A stretch of DNA of 24,000 nucleotides from Candidatus Coprovicinus avistercoris (GTDB lineage Bacteria > Actinomycetota > Coriobacteriia > Coriobacteriales > Atopobiaceae), in assembly GCA_018714895.1 (NCBI GenBank), contig DVMQ01000018.1, forward strand, positions 2,491 to 26,490, given 5' to 3'. Under the pieces are notes generated by a model. That model was given only the letters and a program-made list of their open reading frames with translations. It searched no databases and was not told where the DNA came from. Made by a program: the position numbers and the translations under genes. Numbering within the stretch: position 1 is the stretch's first letter; each line of letters opens with the position of its first letter. Below are positions 16,227 to 23,401 of this stretch, one piece after another.

Positions 16227-17066
16227 CTAGCTTACAACGACTTTGCCAAAGCAAAGTTCGTGCGCAAGAGCCTCAATAGCATCCATACGCTCATCGGAAG
16301 GAGAGGGAGCGGTTGCCATGGGGCCCTTAACGCCAAATACGCGGAAACGCATGAGGCGAATACGGGTTGAGCTTACACGCTCGCCAAGGGTATCGGCTAT
16401 GCCGCGTACAGCATCCTCTGGATCGTTCCATCCTTCGGTAACGATAACGCGAACTTCCTCAAGCTTGTTGTGCTCGGAGAGATAGGCGAGGTTCTTTCGA
16501 ACCATTTTTCCATCTGTTCCCGTAAGCTTGCAGAACCAATCGTCATCCCACGATTTAACGTCAAGCATGACGCCGTCTGCCACTTTGAGCAGATCTGTAT
16601 AGTTGGCAAAATCAATTGTTCCGTTTGAATCGATAAGCGTTCCAATGCCAGCAGCTTTGCACTTTTGGAACAACTCATACATAAAATCGGGGTAGAGCAT
16701 GCATTCGCCACCCGAGCATGTAATGCCACGAATAAATGGAGCATATCCGCTTACCTGTTCAAACACATCCTCTGCCGTGAGATATTTGATACGTGGCGAA
16801 GAGTGATTGGGACATACATTGATGCAGGTGTCGCACTTAACGCACTTATCAGGATCCCATTCAACGGCGCCAGCAACAATGGAAAGCGCATTGGTGGGGC
16901 ACGCTTTTACGCATGTGCCACATCCCACGCAGAGGCGTTGCGTCTCAGGATTGTGACAATAAGCGCAATGAATATTGCAGCCCTGAACAAAAATGGATGT
17001 ACGAGCACCTGGGCCATCTACCAGGGAAAATGGAATGATATTGTTAACAGGAACATGCGCAGACAT
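16227..17066 (-). CDS. yjjW: Glycyl-radical enzyme activating enzyme, YjjW family (radical SAM with two extra ferredoxin-like 4Fe-4S motifs)
   Basis: The N-terminus IPFSLVDGPGARTSIFVQGCNIHCAYCHNPE carries the CX3CX2C radical-SAM motif at 16956-16979. CVGCGTCVKACP and CVKCDTCINVCP follow. The 279-aa length and its position directly downstream of a YjjI-type GRE fit the family. Confidence 0.88.
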   Translation of the reverse strand: MSAHVPVNNIIPFSLVDGPGARTSIFVQGCNIHCAYCHNPETQRLCVGCGTCVKACPTNALSIVAGAVEWDPDKCVKCDTCINVCPNHSSPRIKYLTAEDVFEQVSGYAPFIRGITCSGGECMLYPDFMYELFQKCKAAGIGTLIDSNGTIDFANYTDLLKVADGVMLDVKSWDDDWFCKLTGTDGKMVRKNLAYLSEHNKLEEVRVIVTEGWNDPEDAVRGIADTLGERVSSTRIRLMRFRVFGVKGPMATAPSPSDERMDAIEALAHELCFGKVVVS

Positions 17067-17088
17067 ATGCCCTCCCCTGCATTGAGGT

Positions 17089-17123
17089 AAAGAAAAGCCC
17101 CGCTACGCGCAAGGCGCAACGGG
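17089..17123 (-). terminator. Terminator-like hairpin (possible partial terminator or attenuator) between yjjI and yjjW
   Basis: The minus strand reads CCCGTTGCGC-CTTGC-GCGTAGCGGG (a 10-bp stem including two G-U pairs), then G and CTTTTCTTT. The hairpin starts 22 nt after the yjjI stop. The U-tract ends 23 nt before the yjjW ATG. Confidence 0.5.
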
Positions 17124-17144
17124 ACTTAAACGTAGCCATAAGAC

Positions 17145-18662
17145 TTACAAACGAACCTTACGGTCGGCAAGGTCGTTAGCGCGCCAGTTGCCCTCACCGT
17201 CGTGAGAGGTGTCGGCAAGAACTGCCTCGCCGCGAGCGTACTTCTCCATCTCGGAACGCTTCACCAAGAAGCCAGTGATGCGAACGAGGTCGGAATCGGA
17301 GGAGTAGAAGGAGAGGTATTTGTCATCGATGGCGAAAGCGCCCTTAATAACGTCGAGAATAGCCTCAGGGTTCTTCTCGGCGGTGGGCTCAACGGGGAAG
17401 ATGTCAGAAACGCCTGCGTTGAAGTACTTGTGCATGCTTGCGCACTGACGGATGTGATCATAGAAGACCTCAGGCTCGTCGCCAACCTTGATACGAACGC
17501 CCGGTGTGATGCCCACCTGATCGGCAAAGCCGGCCTGTGCATGCAGGGTGAAGCGGCCGCCGGCAACCTCTGAGTAAACAGCGTCAAACTCGTTGACCTG
17601 GTCGTAGATCTTCTGGCAGATCTGCTGGGCGAGCTCATTGCCCTCAGGATCGGTGCCATAGGCACGGTCATCATCGAAGTGCAGCAGCTCCTTGATGCAC
17701 TCGCTCATGCCGGCAACGCCGAACATAGCGGTAAAGCGGTCGCGGCTCAGCAGGCCTTCCTTCACCAGGAATGAAGAGTCGAAGAAGTGAGACTGCTCAA
17801 CCTCAAAACGAATGCGGTCATTCATGTAGTTGCAGAGCTCAGCGGTGGCAGAGGGGAGGATGTTGTTCATAAAGTCGTCTACGCTCGAGGACATGCGAGC
17901 AAGGCCAGGGAGCAGCAGACGATCGAGGCTGTAGGCACCGCCGCCAAGTGGCAAAACGTTGTAGCAGCTTACGACGGTGTAGTCGCCTGGATAGGTGTTT
18001 ACGTGCATGGGGTGGTTTGCGAAGGCGGGGTTAGCGCACTTCATGGCAGCCTCAATGCAGAGAATCATGAAGTCATCAGGTGTGATGTTGGGGTCATACT
18101 TCATGGTGAGGTTGGGGCATGCGTTCTGTGTGTCAATCATGGCCTGAAGCAGCAGGCGTCCGGCGCGGGTGTCCTCAGGGCCAATGTTGGCGTGGCAGTA
18201 GCCAGAAGCTACGGTGCGATCAATGTAGTTCAGGAAACGGTGGAGGCGAGGAAGCACCTCGTCGTCGTCCATGTCGGTAATAAACGGATCGATGATCTTA
18301 TCGAGCTGGCCACAGTAGACAGGACGGCTGGTGACGGAAGGCACGTTGTCATACAGCATAGCAAGGCCCCAAAGCAGGTCGTCAAGTGTCTCAGGCTTGT
18401 CGAGACGAAGGAACTCAGAGCCCTGCTCAGCAAACAGGCCATAGTTGGGGCAGATGTAGCGAGGACGATAAGGAGCCTTGCCCTCGGTCATGTCATCGAG
18501 GCCGCGAGCGGCGAAGAATTTATCGAACTCTTTGGTTGTCTTAATGGGATTGCAGTTGTTCTCAGCAGCTTGGGCAAGATGAAGCAGCTTCTGCTTATAG
18601 GTGAGATTGCTTGCCGTAATAATGTCTAAGTACTCTTTTTCAGTGCTTTTATCGACGCTCAT
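17145..18662 (-). CDS. yjjI: YjjI-family (DUF3029) short glycyl-radical enzyme; reaction unknown
   Basis: 505 aa, compared with about 516 aa for E. coli YjjI as I recall. The C-terminal glycyl-radical fingerprint is SDLVRITGFLVK (RITGF at 17268-17282, Gly codon at 17271-17273). An internal candidate thiyl loop reads YTVVSCYNVLPLGGG. A YjjW-type activase follows. AAGGAGGAG precedes ATG 18662. Confidence 0.88.
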   Translation of the reverse strand: MSVDKSTEKEYLDIITASNLTYKQKLLHLAQAAENNCNPIKTTKEFDKFFAARGLDDMTEGKAPYRPRYICPNYGLFAEQGSEFLRLDKPETLDDLLWGLAMLYDNVPSVTSRPVYCGQLDKIIDPFITDMDDDEVLPRLHRFLNYIDRTVASGYCHANIGPEDTRAGRLLLQAMIDTQNACPNLTMKYDPNITPDDFMILCIEAAMKCANPAFANHPMHVNTYPGDYTVVSCYNVLPLGGGAYSLDRLLLPGLARMSSSVDDFMNNILPSATAELCNYMNDRIRFEVEQSHFFDSSFLVKEGLLSRDRFTAMFGVAGMSECIKELLHFDDDRAYGTDPEGNELAQQICQKIYDQVNEFDAVYSEVAGGRFTLHAQAGFADQVGITPGVRIKVGDEPEVFYDHIRQCASMHKYFNAGVSDIFPVEPTAEKNPEAILDVIKGAFAIDDKYLSFYSSDSDLVRITGFLVKRSEMEKYARGEAVLADTSHDGEGNWRANDLADRKVRL

Positions 18663-18673
18663 AGCTCCTCCTT

Positions 18674-19399
18674 CTATTTGCCCTGCGACAGGCCCGTTTC
18701 GAACTCGTGCTGTATTTCGCTATCCAGGCGCGCACGTGCCTCCTGGTCGATAACGATTTTGTGCCCCTCACGATGGAGCATATGTCGCTGCTCTAACTCG
18801 TCCAAAGAACGCGACACGGTCTTAGTGCTTACATTAGCTTTCTCAGCCAGCTCGCTGCGAGATGCCTTAATAACTACATCACCTGTTTTGCTCTGCTGCC
18901 AACAATACTGGCACAGCACAAACATGAGACGCTTAACTCCGGTCCATCCCATAAGATCGCGCTCAGTTCCCGATTGCCGCAAAAGGCTTTTCACAACCGA
19001 ACGAGAACGAGCGAGAAGTGCCTCGGGATCGGACTTGAGCCAGGCGAGATAATCATCGCGTCGTGCAGAGATGAACTCACAGTCGGTTAATGCAATGAGC
19101 GAGCCGTGGAAAAGCGGGCTTTCTGAAAGGACTTCCATCTCCCCAAAGACAGCCGGAGCCTCAAACTCGTCAATTGCAAAAGTGGAGCCGGAAACTCCGT
19201 GTGTCGTCGTACGAACACGACCAGAACAAAGCAGATAAACACGAGTGCATCTGTCGAGCATGTGCACAAGAATTTCCCCACGTTTGAGACGAACAAGATG
19301 GGCGCGTGAAAGAACACCAGCAGGAATGCGGCTCACCCAAGGCAGCACAGCATCACGCACCTGCGGATCCAATGCTGAGATGTAGGTAAGTACGTCCAT
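18674..19399 (-). CDS. Crp/Fnr-family transcriptional regulator (cNMP-binding-like beta-barrel plus C-terminal HTH)
   Basis: Barrel region: LKRGEILVHMLDRCTRVYLLCSGRVRTTT...EAPAVFGEMEVL. C-terminal HTH: ASRSELAEKANVSTKTVSRSLDELEQRHML. I call ATG 19399 (GGAGG 5 nt upstream) rather than the ORF-track 19645, whose extension crosses an AT-rich, promoter-like region. The stop lies 11 nt before the yjjI ATG. Confidence 0.85.
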   Translation of the reverse strand: MDVLTYISALDPQVRDAVLPWVSRIPAGVLSRAHLVRLKRGEILVHMLDRCTRVYLLCSGRVRTTTHGVSGSTFAIDEFEAPAVFGEMEVLSESPLFHGSLIALTDCEFISARRDDYLAWLKSDPEALLARSRSVVKSLLRQSGTERDLMGWTGVKRLMFVLCQYCWQQSKTGDVVIKASRSELAEKANVSTKTVSRSLDELEQRHMLHREGHKIVIDQEARARLDSEIQHEFETGLSQGK

Positions 19400-19456
19400 G
19401 CTGTCCTCCAGCATATTGCTTGCACCACGCTTGTATGCGAAAGGTCTACGCCGTTT

Positions 19457-19492
19457 TGGGCAAATCTCATGCCATAACACGTGATTTGCCCA
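19457..19492. promoter_or_regulatory. 10-bp perfect inverted repeat TGGGCAAATC-N16-GATTTGCCCA upstream of the Crp/Fnr-yjjI-yjjW operon
   Basis: TGGGCAAATC at 19457-19466 and GATTTGCCCA at 19483-19492, with CACGTG near the centre. This lies 58-93 nt upstream of ATG 19399. It could be an operator or a 5'-UTR hairpin. Confidence 0.35.
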
Positions 19493-19521
19493 CATTTTAA
19501 GGAGATGAAAGTGGACTTTCG

Positions 19522-19535
19522 AGGACATATGTCCT
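19522..19535. promoter_or_regulatory. 14-bp perfect palindrome AGGACATATGTCCT in the regulator's promoter region
   Basis: AGGACATATGTCCT at 19522-19535 equals its own reverse complement. It sits next to a very AT-rich tract (19537-19560). Confidence 0.3.
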
Positions 19536-19622
19536 GAAAAAATAATAAAAATTAAACTTTGTGATGAAAGGCAATATTCTATCGGCGAATGGTATGTCAA
19601 CGAGCTTGATAAGGGGGAACTT

Positions 19623-19661
19623 AAAGAAAAAACCGGCTGCACCAACGAGGCACAGCCGGTG
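19623..19661 (-). terminator. Intrinsic terminator after psuG (minus strand)
   Basis: The minus strand reads ACCGGCTG-(13-nt loop)-CAGCCGGT followed by TTTTTTCTTT (plus-strand AAAGAAAAAA at 19623-19632). This separates psuG from the downstream regulator operon. Confidence 0.7.
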
Positions 19662-19689
19662 AAACGGTCAACTATAAAGAGGCGATCAT

Positions 19690-20619
19690 TTACTGCTCAA
19701 TGGCACGAAGTGCGACAGCAGTCTTTGCGCCAAGGGCAACATTGTTAAAAACGAGCTGGATGTTTGAATCGAGAGAATCGCCACCAGTCAGCTCAGAGAC
19801 CTTAGCGAGCAAGAATGGCGTGGTTTCCTTGCCGTGGATGCCCTGCTCTTCAGCTTCAGCAATAGCCTGATCAATAGCAGCATCGATGGTGGCTTTGTCC
19901 ATCGAATACTCTTCAGGAATAGGATTGCCAACGAGTACGCCGCCCTTGAGGCCCATCTCACGCTTGGTGTGGAAGATCTGAGCAAGCTCTTCGGGGGTGT
20001 CGACGCGATAGTCTACCGAGAAGCCCGAGTGACGGGTATAGAAGGCAGGGAGTTCTTCGGTCTGATAACCAAGAACAGGTACGCCGCGCGTCTCGAGGAA
20101 TTCAAGGGTGAGACCAAGATCGAGAATGGATTTTGCGCCAGCGCAAATGACCATTACAGGAGTATTGGCAAGCTCTTCGAGGTCAGCAGAGATGTCCATG
20201 GTGGTTTCGGCGCCACGATGAACGCCGCCAATGCCACCGGTAGCGAAGACCTCAATGCCTGCCATATGGGCAATAATCATCGTTGTGGTAACAGTGGTGG
20301 CTCCGTCCATGCCACGGGAGCACAAAACTGCCAGGTCGCGACGAGAGGCCTTGGTTACGTCATGGCCCTTCTTGCCGAGATAGTCGATCTCTTCTGGTGA
20401 GAGGCCTACGCGCAAACGTCCACCAATAACAGCAATGGTGGCAGGAATTGCGCCATTATCACGGATAATCTGCTCAACCTTAAGAGCGGTCTCCTTATTC
20501 TGCGGATAGGGCATGCCATGGGAAATGATGGTGGATTCAAGTGCGACGACTGGCTTACCCTCGTCAAGTGCCTGCTGAACCTCGGGAGAGATGTCGAGGA
20601 ACTTGTTGAGATTCTGCAT
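19690..20619 (-). CDS. psuG: Pseudouridine-5'-phosphate glycosidase
   Basis: 309 aa: MQNLNKFLDISPEVQQALDEGKPVVALESTIISHGMPYPQN...ATGGIGGVHRGAETTMDISADLEELA...VICAGAKSILD. This is the classic PsuG/YeiN (IndA-like) sequence. GGAAGGAG precedes the ATG. Confidence 0.93.
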   Translation of the reverse strand: MQNLNKFLDISPEVQQALDEGKPVVALESTIISHGMPYPQNKETALKVEQIIRDNGAIPATIAVIGGRLRVGLSPEEIDYLGKKGHDVTKASRRDLAVLCSRGMDGATTVTTTMIIAHMAGIEVFATGGIGGVHRGAETTMDISADLEELANTPVMVICAGAKSILDLGLTLEFLETRGVPVLGYQTEELPAFYTRHSGFSVDYRVDTPEELAQIFHTKREMGLKGGVLVGNPIPEEYSMDKATIDAAIDQAIAEAEEQGIHGKETTPFLLAKVSELTGGDSLDSNIQLVFNNVALGAKTAVALRAIEQ

Positions 20620-20705
20620 TGGTACTCCTTCCGTCAGGCCGTTACTCGGCCATGTTTACTCACATACTATGCTGCAGTCTTTGAAAAAGACTGTTGCTGA
20701 CAGGA

Positions 20706-21800
20706 TTAGTCTTGATGCGCACGAGCAATGCGCTCGCGCACCTTATCTGCGGTTATCTCAGTATTGATTGTCGCAGCAGATTCCACAGCAAGAGAAGAGG
20801 TAGCAAGTCCGGCAAGACCCTGTGCTCTAAGCCCCTCTCCTTCGAGTGCAGACCATGCGATGGCTGCCATCATGGAATCTCCGGCACCGGTTGCATTGAC
20901 AACGTTGCTTTGCATGATAGGAAGCAGTATCTGCTGCTCATGATCGGCGCAGAGAAGGCCGCGGGTATCGAGGGAGATAAATACTTGCTGAAGCCCGGTA
21001 TCGAGCAATTTATTTGCAGCAAGTCTGAGAGACTCTTCGTCATGAATGGCAATACCAGAGAGCACTTCAGCTTCGAGTCTATTGGGCTTAAGCGTGTGAA
21101 AACGTCCTAGAGCGCCGCGTAGTTTAGGTGCTTTGGCGGTAGAAACCGGATCGCAGTATAGAGGTGTTGTTACGTGCTCAGCGAGCCAACGAAGTGTTTC
21201 TGCAGGAATATTAGTGTCTACAACACAAACGGAAGCGCGCTCAATGAGATCGAGCTTCCGCTCAAGCAGTTGAGGAACAAGTTTGTCGTAAATGCCCATA
21301 TCAGAGATGGCCAGTTCCATATCACCGGTTTCATCCATGATGAACAAATAGGTGCTCGTGGCCTCTCCGGGAATGGTAATGGAATCGGTGACGTCGATTC
21401 CAGCAGCCCGGCAGCTCTCTTGAAGCTCGCGTGCATGACCGTCATCTCCGAAGGCTGAGATGAAATGAACATCGCAGCCAAGTAGTGCCATGTTGTGAGC
21501 AATATTGCGTCCTGCACCGCCAGGGGAAAGACGCACTGTTCCGGGGTTGGAGTCATGCGCCACCAAAGGCCGCTGTGGTTTTCCAGCAATGTCCATATTG
21601 GCGCCACCGATAACAACCGCATATGGCTTTTCTGAGAGCACGTACTGGCGGCCAAGAATTGCGCCTTTACGCATGAGGTTGGAGATGTGAACAGCAACGG
21701 AAGAGCGAGAAATCTGAGCGCGGTCTGCAATCTCTTTTTGGGTAATGGAAGGATTTTCGCGAATCCATTCGAGGATCTGGCGCTCGCGCTCCGTGACCAT
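20706..21800 (-). CDS. psuK: PfkB-family carbohydrate kinase with an N-terminal winged-helix HTH domain (pseudouridine kinase-like, E. coli YeiI/PsuK type)
   Basis: N-terminal HTH: MVTERERQILEWIRENPSITQKEIADRAQISRSSVAVHISNLMRKGAILGRQY. A ribokinase-fold body follows (VVIGGANMDIAGK...GGAGRNIAHNMALLG...NATGAGDSMMAAI). It lies immediately upstream of psuG. GGAGG precedes the ATG. Confidence 0.82.
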   Translation of the reverse strand: MVTERERQILEWIRENPSITQKEIADRAQISRSSVAVHISNLMRKGAILGRQYVLSEKPYAVVIGGANMDIAGKPQRPLVAHDSNPGTVRLSPGGAGRNIAHNMALLGCDVHFISAFGDDGHARELQESCRAAGIDVTDSITIPGEATSTYLFIMDETGDMELAISDMGIYDKLVPQLLERKLDLIERASVCVVDTNIPAETLRWLAEHVTTPLYCDPVSTAKAPKLRGALGRFHTLKPNRLEAEVLSGIAIHDEESLRLAANKLLDTGLQQVFISLDTRGLLCADHEQQILLPIMQSNVVNATGAGDSMMAAIAWSALEGEGLRAQGLAGLATSSLAVESAATINTEITADKVRERIARAHQD

Positions 21801-21829
21801 TTTTACCTCCGTTGCGAAAAGTAGTCATT

Positions 21830-21868
21830 TGTTTGTAGCAAACATTTATTAAGAAAAGTAAATGTTTG
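21830..21868. promoter_or_regulatory. Cluster of three TGTTTG/CAAACA half-sites upstream of psuK (candidate operator)
   Basis: TGTTTG-TAG-CAAACA is a palindrome at 21830-21844. CAAACATTT (21839-21847) and AAATGTTTG (21860-21868) form a second 9-bp inverted repeat with a 12-nt spacer. The cluster lies 30-68 nt upstream of psuK ATG 21800. Confidence 0.35.
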
Positions 21869-22201
21869 TCTATGTCTTGCGCTGATTTTACGAAATTGAA
21901 TTAGGTCTGTAAAGCACAATTTCAAATTTCTTAAAACTGAAATAAATACCAGGAAATAAGCTATGCCAACAGGTGTTCAGAAAAAAGAGAAAATGCAATT
22001 CGGAGGTTTCAAATAAAGCATCCGTTCACGGAATAAGGGATGCCGCTCAGAGAACTGGACCACTTTCTCTTGTGGTAATGAACCGATTGGACGTTTAGAG
22101 TGCCCGAAATATTCCCTCCAGAGAGCTAAACAATTCTTTAGAATAGACAAGTGATAGTTCGAAGGATCGGATGGCCGCGAAATAAAGAAGAGGTGAGATG
22201 A

Positions 22202-23398
22202 ATGGAGAACCCCAAGCGAGTTTTTCTCATCGTCCTTGATAGTTTTGGTATTGGCGCGGAACCGGATGCTGCAGATTATGGTGACGAGGGAAGCAATACA
22301 CTTTGCGCTTGCGCCACAAGCGGCAAGCTTGTGATTCCTCATATGACAGAGCTTGGCTTGCTCAATATCGACGGTGCACTTGAGAGTCCCTATGACGTGA
22401 ATCTTACTCCTGTTAAGGATCCTAAAGGGGCATATGCACGTCTGCAAGAAGCTTCAAAGGGTAAAGATACAACCGTCGGACATTGGGAGATGGCGGGAGT
22501 AATTTCGCCGCGCAAGTTCCCAACGTATCCAGATGGTTTCCCAGCAGAGGTTATCGAAGCATTTGAGCGCGAGACGGGTCGTGGCGTGCTCTGCAATAAG
22601 CCTTATTCCGGTACTGATGTGATTCGCGACTATGGCGAAGAACATATGAAAACGGGCGACCTGATTGTATATACCTCAGCAGATAGCGTATTCCAGATTG
22701 CTGCTCATGAGGATATTGTCCCAGTTGAACAGCTTTATGAATACTGCAAGATTGCTCGTTCCATTCTTACGGGTGAACATGGTGTAGCACGCGTTATCGC
22801 CCGCCCATTTGTGGGTGAGCCTGGTAACTTCACGCGCACTTCTCGTCGACACGATTTCTCGTTGGAGCCTACGGGCACAACAATGCTTGATGTTCTTTTG
22901 GATGCGGGCTATGACGTTTTATCCGTAGGCAAGATTTACGACATCTTTGCTCATCGTGGCATTACTGATTTTGTATTCACATCAGGCAATGCCGAAGGCA
23001 TTGATCGCACCATTGAGTGGCTTGACCGCGATTTTAATGGTCTGTGCTTCACCAACCTCGTAGATTTTGACATGGTGTATGGCCATCGTAATGATCCTGA
23101 TGGATATGCAACGGCGCTTTCATACTTTGACTCAAAGCTTCCGGAGATTTGCGCTGGATTGCGAGAGAATGACCTGCTCATGATTACCGCCGACCATGGT
23201 TGTGATCCGGTAACGCCTTCAACAGATCATTCTCGTGAATATGTGCCGTGGCTCATATATGGCCAACATGTTCGTCCGGGAGTAAATTTGGGCACCCGCC
23301 CAACATTTGCTGATGTGGCCGAAACAATTTTGGACTATCTGGGTGAGCCAGCACTTGGGGTTGGTACGTCTCACGTACGTGAAATAGTGGAGGAGTAA
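22202..23398 (+). CDS. deoB: Phosphopentomutase
   Basis: 398 aa: KRVFLIVLDSFGIGAEPDAADYGDEGSNTL...GKDTTVGHWEMAG...ITADHGCDP. These are classic DeoB metal and phosphoserine motifs. AGAGGTGAGA precedes ATG 22202. Confidence 0.93.
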   Translation: MENPKRVFLIVLDSFGIGAEPDAADYGDEGSNTLCACATSGKLVIPHMTELGLLNIDGALESPYDVNLTPVKDPKGAYARLQEASKGKDTTVGHWEMAGVISPRKFPTYPDGFPAEVIEAFERETGRGVLCNKPYSGTDVIRDYGEEHMKTGDLIVYTSADSVFQIAAHEDIVPVEQLYEYCKIARSILTGEHGVARVIARPFVGEPGNFTRTSRRHDFSLEPTGTTMLDVLLDAGYDVLSVGKIYDIFAHRGITDFVFTSGNAEGIDRTIEWLDRDFNGLCFTNLVDFDMVYGHRNDPDGYATALSYFDSKLPEICAGLRENDLLMITADHGCDPVTPSTDHSREYVPWLIYGQHVRPGVNLGTRPTFADVAETILDYLGEPALGVGTSHVREIVEE

Positions 23399-23401
23399 TT
23401 T

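Noticed and set aside
17787-18629. 280-aa plus-strand ORF antisense to yjjI
   Set aside because: Same reasoning as for the ADH antisense ORFs. The minus-strand frame encodes a full-length YjjI-type protein with a glycyl-radical motif. The antisense product is V/G/A-rich with no domain signature or SD.
19595-19611. FNR/CRP-type box upstream of the Crp/Fnr-family gene (GTCAACGAGCTTGAT)
   Set aside because: The half-sites are everted (ATCAA...TTGAC on the transcribed strand) with a 5-nt spacer and one mismatch. This does not match the TTGAT-N4-ATCAA arrangement.
14499-19700. Genomic island integrated at the 3' end of ssrA (tmRNA genes are common attB sites)
   Set aside because: There is no integrase, recombinase or phage gene downstream. 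I could not find a direct repeat of the ssrA 3' end (GGAGTTCGATCCTCC...) elsewhere in the window. The ADH/yjjI compositional difference fits expression-linked codon bias at least as well as transfer.
19834-20400. 188-aa plus-strand ORF antisense to psuG, and a 170-aa alternative-frame ORF (21218-21730) within psuK
   Set aside because: Both lie entirely within confidently identified genes and show no domain-like sequence.
21963-22016. 17-codon small ORF (MPTGVQKKEKMQFGGFK) in the psuK-deoB spacer, possibly a leader peptide
   Set aside because: The only SD-like sequence is a weak AGGA at suboptimal distance. There is no codon-run signature of an attenuation leader, and conservation cannot be assessed from one sequence. 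It is kept only as a note under the long-spacer finding.
22010-22200. Purine or 2'-deoxyguanosine riboswitch upstream of deoB-deoD
   Set aside because: I could not find the conserved junction and loop sequences of the purine riboswitch family, or a three-way junction with appropriately paired P1. Only short, generic hairpins are present.
21977-22447. 156-aa minus-strand ORF spanning the deoB start and leader
   Set aside because: It overlaps the conserved N-terminus of deoB on the opposite strand. It has no SD, and its sequence is Cys/Ile/Phe-rich and non-protein-like.
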